Positions 29,255 through 38,993 are shown, numbered from the stretch's first letter. The stretch is 64,000 bases of DNA from Hyaloraphidium curvatum SAG 235-1 (GCA_025558095.1 JAIVFI010000016.1:372001-436000), one strand, 5' to 3'. Notes: a model not told the origin generated them from the sequence alone. Program-made: numbers and translations.

Positions 29255-32200
29255 ATGCCAGTGGCCTTGGCATCTCCATCTGCAAACTCTGCGCCTCGGG
29301 CTTCTTCACAACTACCTGTGCCCCGGACGCCAATGTTGGTGGACGGCCCCGCCATCGCAACTCGGCTCAAGCAGACTGGGAAGCTGAGCTCGGCGGAGAT
29401 TTCTGCGTCGTTGGGAGTACATCGCACGACCTATTTTCGTTGGATCAAGTGGGCATCGCTGCCCCCGGCATCGAGAGAGGGAGTTCGCAAGGTCCGGAGC
29501 CGCCGCAAGGTCACGGACCAGATGGTCCAGGACATCGTACACGAGGCAAAAAGCCAGGTCAGGGTCACCCAGCAGGAGCTAGTTCTTTTTCTGGCAGAAA
29601 AGTACGGGATCCGCGTCTCCCAGCAGCACGTTTCGCGGCTGCTGAAGGCAAATGGCGTCACTAGGAAGAGGCTCACCGTCAAGTCTTCCGAGGCCTTACG
29701 GCAACCGGAAAGGCATCTTCTGTTTCATAGTCGCATCGAGAATGTGCCTATGGAACGCATGGTCGCACTGGACGAAACGGCTTTCGAGCTCAACGACCCG
29801 GGCAGCCACGGGTACTCGGACCGCGGAAGCCGCGCTGTTGTCTACCTCCCGCGGAATAGAGGTCCAAAGGTGACTCTGTGTCTCGCAGTGTCACCAAGTC
29901 CTCGTCCGGGAGCAGTTGCTGGAACGGTGATCTCGTATGTGATCTACCGTGGCAATATGAACACGGAGCGATTCTGCGCTTTCTTGAGGTCTGTTAAGGC
30001 AGACGGACAGGGCCCCAAGAACGCGCTGAACATTGTGATTGACAATGCTGGTTACCATGGATCCCCTTTGAGGGCAAAGAAGACCGCAAATGGTACTGCG
30101 ATTGTAGAGAACACCTCCGGCAAATCGTTCCTCGCGGTTCAGGCGGTGGCGAAAGCCAACAACCTCAACCTCGTGTACCTGCGACCCCGTACTCCCGAGT
30201 TCAATGCGAGTGAGCACGTGATAGGGCGGTTGAAGCGCCTTGTCCGGCGAGACTGTCCCTCCACTGTGGCCGATCTGATTGACGCTGTCGAGAGGGCGAT
30301 ACGAATTGTTGGGGAGAGCGATCTCTGTCCCACTTTTCGGCACTGCATCAAGCTCAGCGCGGAAGAGAAGGCGCGCATTCAGCGGGAGATGCTTCGGTCC
30401 GACAACCTTGGTTCCACGAGCGGGTGCATACAACCGGAAACGGCAACTGGCGAGATCACGGGAGACACAAACTCGACCCGCATGGACACCGGATCGGGTC
30501 CCGGGGCCGCGCCCAGGAACGCGGTGGACGACGGCATCGCTGCTCGAGAAGCGGCCCGCCTGCTGCAGGAGGTGGGGAACTCGTCGCCGTCGTCATTGAC
30601 GCGTGCCGACCTCCGTTTGACTTCCCAGGCCCGGGAACTCGGAGTGGCCGAGGTCGACGTCCACAAGGCCTACGATGTGAACCAGCTCTATGGCCGACTA
30701 CGAGGACTCAGTAATGGAGGTGCTTTCGGATCGGCGTGGAACACGTTTCTGGACGAGCTGCAGAACGCCCGCGCCACCGCCTCCAAGGACGTCATCGGCA
30801 CCCTCACCTCCCTCCCTCCCGACCAGTTCCGCGGAATATGCTCCGCAGTCGAGAAAGGCAAAGGCAAGGAGGTCCGCGCGGCCCTCTGCCGGAAGCTGCG
30901 GAACTTCGTCGAGCGACGTCGGCTCCCCGCGCCCGTCGCCGACGAACCATCGCCGGCCACTGCGGGCACCCCTTCCGGCCTCTCGCCGCCTCCGCCGCTC
31001 TTTCCAACTGTTTTAGCGAACCCGATTTTCGCTCCAGCCGTTGTCGGAGCCCCGGGGGCGCAGCTGGACGCTCTGCTGGACTACGCTCTGGAGCCGACCG
31101 TGCCCAAGGACCTGCGTGAGGCTGTCAAGTACGCGTGCTGTGCCGGGCTTTCCGACCTGGACCAGGGTCGTCCGGACGGCAGTTACTCGTCCCTCTCCGC
31201 GACGAGGAAGGAACGACTTTTTGTCTCGCGCCTGGTGGCGGTCGACCGTGAAGGAGGCTTCCACCGCTGGACGGCAGCGACCGAGATCCGTCTGCGTGGG
31301 CGGCTGATGGCGAGTGATGCGGCTCGTTTGGATGATTTCGTCCATTCCGTATTCCTTGCTCGAGTGCGGCACTTCGTTCGCCAGCCGGAAGCCGGGCTCA
31401 TACCCGTGGAGGACTTCGAGCTCCCAGCCCAGACCCACCTCCGCCGGCCGCAGAACTGGCGCAAGATCCTGGAGGACGCCCTCGGCGCGCTCAAGAACGC
31501 GTCCGGGAAAGCCCTGTGGGATCGGAGGAGTCGTTCGCTCGAGGTTGCGCTCGCCAGCCTGACTCTGGAAGAGCGCATGGCGCTCGTTGTCCGCACGGAC
31601 TTGCCCAAGGACATTGCCTTTCAGCAGGCTGAACAGCGCCGCATCTTCTTCGAAACCTTCCTCTGGGGCCCCATGAAGGCCAACGAGGCGCTCCTGGGCA
31701 TACCGGATCGTGGTCCGGTGCCCGCGCTGGTGAGCAACGTTCTGGCTTCCAGCTCCAGCATTCTGGGCTGACGGTGCACTCCTCGCAGCCGCTGACCTTC
31801 TACGAGATCTTCCAGCCCACGAAGGGGCTAAGAGGCGTGAGCGAAAGGGCGGACGCGGACCTCGGCTCGTTCTTCGACAAGGCTTTGGCTGCTGTGCACG
31901 GAGAGGAGGGGCGCTCGGTCCTGTTTGAGTTGATCTTTTCTGGCCACCCGATGCGCGACCATTTGCTGGACTATTGGGGGTTCGATTCGCTCGTGAACCC
32001 TGTCAGCGACGCCGCCCGTCGCGCGAGCGTCGCGTTCCACCTGAAGTTGGACGCGCTCGAAAAGGCCTTTGACGCCAAGCGCGTCGACATCTGTTCCCTC
32101 GGATGCCTTTATTGTCCCTTCACAGTGGCGGTCGAGGGCCGGGTGCCGGCTCGGAACCCGGAGCGGAAGAGAAAGGACGCGAACGGCGCTACGGCCGGCA

Positions 32201-35200
32201 AGTCGTCGGATCAGCGCCAGTACGACGCTGGCGTGCGGCTCGGGCATCACGTCGCGGGGAAGCACTTTACGTGCCAGATCTGCCGCAAAGACGGCAGGCG
32301 TGTCACGTTTGCGTTCGAGGCCAAGTACCGGGAACACGTGGAAACCCAGCATGCAGATGCTCCTCTCCAGTAGGTCTCCGCAAGAGATCCACACGGGGTC
32401 ATTACTCATCCTCGCTGTCCCAGCCTCGTCATCCCCCGGGCCTTCACATCACGGCGCGGACTGCTGCTCGCCCAGGTCAACTACATTGTGCCGCACGCCT
32501 GCCGCACTCAAGCAACGGAAGCGGAGAGTGCTGCCGCCGGAGCAACGGCGATGGACGTAGACGGGGCGAAGGACGAAGGTTGCGCGGCAAAGGAGCCCAG
32601 GTGCCACCTCTGCCTGTCGACAACCCGGGGACACCGGCGAGGATGCCGGCCGGCTTTGCGGCAAGCTGCGGAGAATGCGTACAAGGCCGTCGGGGATGCG
32701 GAGCACGAGCGGCACGTGACCGAGCGCGCCATGTCGACAACCTGGTTCTTGCCCGAGGAGGCCCTCCACCCCTGGGCGATCGAGCCGCTCAAGAGCGTGG
32801 GGCTGCTGATTTCCCGCGCCGCAACCGGTGCGGCGTCCTTTGCAAAGCTCGTCTGGACCTCGGCGATGCTGGCAGTATACAACGGTCTGCTGGACAACCG
32901 CTCCGTTCCCCCTGCCATCCTGCGCAAGTTCCCACCTTCCGTCGTAGCGAACATGGCGATGCTGGTGGTTTTGAACGAGGGGGCGCTAAACGCCAACGCA
33001 GGCACACGCCGGAGGAAGAAGCCGCGCGGGGACATCGGCACGGATCCGGGCGTGGAGATCACCGCAACTGGCGCGGGACTCGGCACGGTCACGGAAATGG
33101 CGGAGGACGATGACGAGCCCGCTGCCGAAGATGGGGAAGAAGAAGAGGAGGGCGGAGATTTCGGTGAATACGCCGGGTTCGCGGACTTCCTGGCCGGCGA
33201 GGGGGAAGCCGACGGACCTGAACACGTGCTGGAAGCTCTGGGCGCCGGCTTCGGTGGCGACGGGATGGCCGACGACGGCGAGGTTTTTGACGGTCCCGGC
33301 ACCCTCTCCGTGGAGGAGCATAACGCGGCGGCTGCGGTTCTGCGGGCGGTAGTCACCGACGCCTACCACGAGCTGAGGCCGGACCTGGCTTCCGAGTTTG
33401 CCGACTGGCACCACTACCTGCTGCGCGGCCCGCTGCTCGGTTACTTCAGGAATCTTGCCGCAGGACGCCTCCGCACCGTCCCCATCCAGCTGCGCAAGGA
33501 GCTTTCGGACCTGATCCGCACCTTCCTGAAGGAGGAGCTGGACAACGCCGTGAAGCGGCAAAAGATTGGCCACATCTTGCGCTGCGTGCTGGCCAAGCTC
33601 GGGACGGGTGATACGAACTTTTTCGGCACCAGCTTCGCGGCCTTTGGCTGCAGCCCCGAGTTTGACGCGGAGGCTCGGCTTCGCCTGACCTGGCTACTCC
33701 TGCCGCTATCCGGACGCTCGCTGAATACGATCATGGACCTGCGGGAGCCCCGCGACCGGCCAAAATGGCCAGCGACTGTCCTACAGCGCGTGATGCTTTC
33801 GCTGAGGAAGCGGGACGTGGAGCTGAAGCGGTCGGCGATGGCGACGCGTATCCGCAGCGTCGCCATATCGCCGCAGAAGGCGCGCGGCAAGTCGCAGGAC
33901 GAGGAGGACGCAAAGGCGGCGTACCTGCTGGATCTGCGCGACCGGGCCCAAGCCGAGCTCCGCCGGATGCCGCCTGAAGCGATCAGGCAACTGCAGGAGG
34001 AGGAGCGGCACGAACTGGTCGAGACGTATGTGGCTGACAAGCTGCAGTTGCGTGGCATCCCCGTCGAGATCCCCTCCGTGCAGGGGGTTGGCATCCACCC
34101 CACAAAGAGCCGCTTTTGGGGGCCGGAGTGGACGGAGGGCCTGGACAAGGAGGCGCTGTTGCAGCGCTACGAGAGGGAGCTGCTCGATGAGAGGCAGAGG
34201 GCGCGTCAGCTGAGCACAGCTGAACTTCGCCTCGCGCAGACGGGCAAATGCGCGGACGCGGACGCGTTTGGCTCCGAGGCTCTCTTTCAGACTATGCGGC
34301 TGCGGGAGGAGCAGATCGCGAGGCTCAAGATGCGGCGATCGTCAAGCGTTGCCTCGACCGGATCTGAACCAAGCCCGACGGCCTTGCCGCAAAGCTCGAC
34401 ACCGACACCTTCATCATCGAGTGCGGCGGACAGCGCTCGGCGCGTCGCCGCCAGCTTCACCACCGAGGCCGCAATGGACGTTGACCCTGCGAACGAGGCG
34501 GAGGGTGGTGGACCCTCTGCGACTCTGTTCCGCGGAAGTGCCGCCGTGGACCTGCTTTGCGCGGACATGGAATGCTCCGACTCGGAAGACGGCAATGTTG
34601 AGGCTGCTGACGACTTCCCCACGATCGGCGGCGGGAAGCAGAAGTCGAAAAAGGGCCGACCGATCCGAGTGGACCCCAAGCCGTGGCCGAAGAACGGGGC
34701 ACCCAAGCGATTCCATGGCTACGTCACGACGGGGAAGAAGCGGGCGCCGCTGTCGCCCGAGGGCAAGGTGAAGAAGCGATTGGGGAAGTCACGTGTGGCG
34801 GCTCGCCGATGGTCCAGCGCGGCCGGAGGGAGCGGGGAGAAGAGCGTGGGTGACGCGTTCTCTCCCGTGGTGAGGTCGTCATTCTGATACGTTTCATGAA
34901 CAACAGCAGTCAAGGACCCAAGGCGGCACCACCGGAGGGACCTGGGCCGCGGGCGGGATCCGGCCGCTCTTGACCAGGATTTCCCTCACCCCCATAGCCC
35001 TGTACATAACCGCGAGCGATCTGCCCGACCTCTTCAAGATGCTCGGTGTTAAGCTCGGCCCCTTGGCACCGGACGTGGCCAAGATCAACCCCGATTACCT
35101 GTTTGGACACCTGTTCAACAATGGCAACAAAATTGTTCAGGACGAGCGTCTTTTCCGCCTCCATCAGGAGGGGAAGCGCTCCCCGGCAGGGCACGCGGAC

Positions 35201-37601
35201 GCCTCACGGCCGACCCTTCGCCGGTCGGGCGATGCGCTGCACTGCTCGTGCATTGCTGGCATGGTTCTTCGTGGCCCAACCTTTGCCATTGTCGAGGAGC
35301 ACATGGCCGTCGTGCCCAGGGCTTCGAAGCCGAAGGCACCGCAGCAGCAGTGGACGGAATCTGAGCCCAAAGTGACGCCGCCCTTGGATTGTAGGTCCCC
35401 GTTCTTTCATCGGAGCTTCCGCGCCTAACCTGCTTCCCAACAGTCTTCCTCAGCGCGCCATCGCCCGAGCCGTGTTGGGAGTGTACGGAGCCAGAACAGC
35501 ACGCCCACTGGCACGACTTTTCGGCCCAAGATTCGTTCGGGATGCCCGCGGTCCTCGTGCCCACCCTTCCGCACGGTGCTCCGGACCCCCCGCCGGGCAT
35601 GGCCGTCGTTGATGGTATGTCATCCTTGCCGCTGCACTCAGCGCTGCTGATGTGTTCATCTTCAAGCTCACGGCTGGCTCCATGCTGGCGGGACCGTCTT
35701 CTTCCCCCCGCCCGCCATTACCGACGATGCCGAGCACTTGCTGGTAGATCCCGACTCGACTCCTTTCACGTGGATGGACGTGGATCAGGATTGGATCGGG
35801 CTCCCGCCTCCCGCCTCCATCCCCCCCGAACCCCCACCCGCAACATCACCGAACTCCTCCACATCGGTACCTTCCGAGTCTCCATCCTCCTTCACTCCCA
35901 CCCTCGCTCCTCCGCCTCCTCTTCCCATCCCGACGGCCTCGCCTGTGGGTGCCGCAGGATCTTCTCCGCTTCCGCCCTCTTCTCCACCTGCCCCTGCTCA
36001 GCCTCCAACCTCCGCTCCTCTCCCACCGCACCCTCGCTCTACGTGCTCATCGATACCTCGTCCGCCTGTTGACTGGAAGACCTCTATACCGTGCTACAAC
36101 TTTAGCCGGAAGGCGGACGCGGAGAAGCTAATGCCGCACTTCCTAACAATGGCAACGGAAGAGGAGATGTGGGATGCCGCCCAACGGGGCCTTCCCGTTT
36201 CTGGTGGCGTTGTCTTTTGCGATCCAAATCGCTGGTTCTATATGCAGGGCGGTCGACGACTTGCACCCGCGTTTGTGGCCCGCTGCCTGGACCCCGGCCC
36301 GGGGAGACGGTTCGACTTCGCAAACACCCACCTACCCGAGCTTTCGGAGAAGATCGTCGTCACCAACCCGGACGGCACCACATCGACATACATTCTTGTG
36401 CGCGCCAACGTGCCCAAGGGGTGCATCTCTGCGGGCCGCATCAAGGACATCCGGCTCGAACACTCCTGCGACGAGACGGCCCGCGTTGCGCGGGCGACGC
36501 AGGCGGCGCCGCGCAACATCCGCTGCCGACACCACCCGGACGGCGCCGCCAAGCTCTCGGCTCACCGCCCGACCAACCGCGGGCATGCGAACCGCGACGA
36601 GAAGCTGCGGAAGGCCGAACGGAACTGGACGCTTTTCCCCAACCCCGACGGCGGGTCCGATGCCGACGGGGACAGGTTCTGGGGTGGTATCGCCGGCTTT
36701 GGGCGCGCCGGCGTCCGCCAGCTTCCGGAGCTCATTCTCGGCGTGCCTGGGGACCTCGATCGCCGGATGTGTGGTTACCAGCACGCTTCTAGGAAACTGG
36801 CGTCGCTGCGCAAGTCGCACACCCTCCCCTCCGGCCTGACAATCGAGGCTTGGGAATCGGCACTGCCTTCGCAGCGGACGACGAGCTGCGAGCAGTTTCG
36901 CAAGTACGCCCATGCCATCACGAAGGAGCTCTGCTCCGTCGTCAAGTTCTACTGCAATGATGAGATATGGTTTGTTCACGGCCAGCCTGCGTGATTGGGA
37001 TGCAGCCTTCCTGACGCCTTCTTTTGCAGCCGCGACCGCGTCCGTACCATCCGGAGGCGTCGGCAGGTGCTCGACTGGATCGCCCGCGACCTGTGTCGCA
37101 ACCCGTACTCGGGCAAGTTCGATTCCCAGACCACCTTCGCCTATGGCGCCGCCCGCTTTGGTCACGCAAGCAAGGGCGGTCCGGCTTCTCGGATTGTGCA
37201 GTTCAGGGCCGCGCTCGCGGCCGTTGGAATCCTCGTTTTGATCAACGAGTACCTGACGAGCCAGATGTGTTCAAAGTGAGTTTTCCCTCGTACTTCGCGC
37301 CTGATTTCGCGGCATTGATCGCCCTCTCGGCAGGTGCCTGACGACCTACGTTGTCCCCATCACCAACCCCGGGTGCCGTGGCGAGATCCGGGGCGCCAAG
37401 TACTGCCCGACCTGTCGCACGTACTGGATGAGGGACGTCAACAGCTGTCGGTCCATCGGGTACCTGTTCTGGTTCGCGATCGCTACCGGTGGCGAGCGCC
37501 CCTGGCCGTTCAAGCCTGACACCAGGAGGCGCAAGCCGTCGAAGCCGGCCGCGAAGTCCGCTGGTACGCTGATTTTGCTCGCTTTGGAGCGTGTGAGCTG
37601 A
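29255..37601 (+). CDS. Giant transposase-Fanzor fusion protein (~2,650 aa; ~2,710 aa ending at 37836 if a further intron 37564-37612 is spliced)
   Basis: Predicted exons 29255-31729, 31789-32369, 32424-34845, 34907-35390, 35444-35614, 35667-36969, 37030-37275, 37334-37601 sum to 7950 nt (2650 codons) with no internal stop. Every intron is GT-AG and 52-61 nt, with a CTRAY-like branch site. Confidence 0.75.
29333..30360 (+). CDS. IS630/Tc1-mariner-like transposase module (HTH + HTH + DDE) at the N-terminus of the fusion ORF
   Basis: HTH SSAEISASLGVHRTTYFRW; second HTH TQQELV..L.EKYGIRVSQQHVSRLLK..GVTRK; catalytic VALDET (D 29771), VIDNAGYH (D 30041), YLRPRTPEFNASE (E 30212). Confidence 0.92.
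36200..37601 (+). CDS. Fanzor1-type RuvC / zinc-finger nuclease module (intron-split) at the C-terminus of the fusion ORF
   Basis: RuvC-I candidates VVFCDPN (D 36221) or CLDPG (D 36290); ESALPSQRTTS..QFRKY...VVKFY; FAYGAARFG..SKGGP; INEYLTSQMCSKC (E 37247); CPTC..YWMRDVNSC.SI (D 37434); GERPWPF. Confidence 0.88.
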
Positions 37602-37749
37602 TGGCGTTGCAGGCACCACTCTTCAGACCGGATCCGTTCCCACCGTGCCCAAGCGTCCTGGTGCGGTGGCGCGGGGACGCGGCTCTGCCAAGAAGGTCAG
37701 GCTGGACGGCCCCGGCCGTGGGTCTTCTTATCTTTCTTCTCTACAAATT

Positions 37750-37870
37750 GGCGGGTGGTGCGAGCCCTCGCCTGTGCCCGATTGTGGGCTTGATCGAGGT
37801 GGAGTCCGAGAGGACCGCCTTTTTGGTGGCAAGTAGCATTCCATATGTGTGTAGCCAGACAGATACAGAA
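37750..37870 (+). ncRNA. Candidate Fanzor omegaRNA (scaffold ~37750-37851, putative guide ~37852-37870)
   Basis: Three consecutive hairpins just 3' of the RuvC coding region: 37750-37772 (GCGA tetraloop), 37776-37789 and 37797-37820 (GAGA tetraloop), leading up to the right inverted repeat. Confidence 0.55.
37829..37851 (-). repeat. Right degenerate terminal inverted repeat candidate, followed by TA
   Basis: Plus strand GCAAGTAGCATTCCATATGTGTG|TA; two 7-mers match the left repeat with identical 6-nt spacing. Confidence 0.55.
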
Positions 37871-37889
37871 CAGAAAACCTACGGATCAA

Positions 37890-38940
37890 ATGAAGCGGAA
37901 GCGGGAGGAATGGACCGCCAAGGAAAGCGATGCCCTCTACGATGCGGTCGCTCGCTTTTCGAAGGCCCGGATCGCGGACATTGCCCGCCATGTGGGCTCC
38001 AAGTCCCCCCTGGACGTCCTCGCGCGGATACACTTCCTGGACCGCGCGCTCGCCGAGGCCGAGGCCCTCGGCCTCGTCGGCCCCGAGTCGGACGGCAAGC
38101 ATGCCAAGTACGATGCGGTCGAGAGCCCTGCGGCGCGGATAGAGGCCGAGGAGCGCGAGTCGGAGGAGTCGGCCCAGCGCGAGGACAGGGAGCTCCGCGA
38201 GGCCCCGCAGACCTTTATCACCAAGGAGATGCGGGCTCAATGGAAGAAGCCCATGGAAATCTTCAACCTGCACATGCTTGCTGTTCTGGCGGAAAGGTGG
38301 GCCTTGTCGTTCGGCGGTTCTGTCAATGTCTCACCGCCTCGGACCAGGGTGTACGTGCGGCACAGCGATACGGCCATCCAGCGCGATGCGTTACTGGAGC
38401 TCTACGACGCGCTGGCACGGTGGCTTCGGCAGACTCTCGCGCAGGTCGTTTTCTTTGCGCAAGCGCGGAAGCCGCGCCGCCAACGTGTCCAGGTGAAAGG
38501 ACCGTTCTGGCCACCGAGCCAAAGCTGACGCGTGTCCTTGGGGGCAGGTCTCGGAGGACGACGTCCGTGACGCCTTGGAGGCGATGCCTTTTCCGAATCG
38601 CAACAGCGAGTACTACATCTCCCACTTGCTTTGGACCGGGAAGGGACGCCGGGCATTCAATGCCCACTACGGGGTCAACCTGGACAGTCTCGGAGGATCG
38701 GAGCAGTTGGGGGTTGCCACAGGGGGGGCAGATAGTATTGAGGAACAAAACCTCAACTCGACCATGGCCCCTTGGCACGAAACGAACCTTGGCCGCGTTG
38801 GCTGCTCGCCGGAACCCGGGGGGGACGAACTGAGTGCAGCAATCGTCGTGGAGGACGACACGAGCTCGGACAGCTCGATGAACTCCGGGCCTCCGGACGG
38901 TTTGGGCGATACAGGAAGCAATGCTTCAGATGCCGATTAA
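37890..38940 (+). CDS. Myb/SANT-domain protein, possibly Rrn5-like (RNA Pol I upstream activation factor), multi-exon
   Basis: WTAKESDALYDAVARFSKARIADIARHVGSKSPLDVLARIHFL Myb-like repeat followed by a PAA-acidic segment. The Rrn5 assignment is by resemblance only. Confidence 0.55.
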
Positions 38941-38993
38941 TGGATCAACTGTACCGCGCAATTGCAGCAGGCAGTTGATATACACAGCCAGGT

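Larger units (their letters stand above)
29201..37851 (+). mobile_element. Putative IS630/Tc1-mariner-type DNA transposon (possibly decayed or domesticated) carrying a Fanzor nuclease and candidate omegaRNA
   Basis: Contains DDE transposase and Fanzor RuvC coding regions. Bounded by imperfect inverted repeats 29201-29223 and 37829-37851 (16/23 identical), with TA directly outside the right repeat (37852-37853) but CG outside the left. Confidence 0.72.

Noticed and set aside
29156-31771. Bacterial IS630 contamination or chimeric assembly
   Set aside because: The ORF continues through host-style spliceosomal introns, and the flanks are intact eukaryotic genes.
35800-36065. C/T-rich tract as a satellite or low-complexity non-coding repeat
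   Set aside because: It lies in frame within the fusion ORF and encodes a Pro/Ser linker; no regular repeat unit.
32371-36994. Stop-codon readthrough, recoding or pseudogene stops at TAG 32371 and TGA 36992
   Set aside because: Both stops lie inside in-frame GT-AG introns (54 and 60 nt) with branch-site motifs.
37601-38833. 410-aa ORF overlapping the element's right end
   Set aside because: Low-complexity off-frame product overlapping the Myb gene, which is the credible frame.
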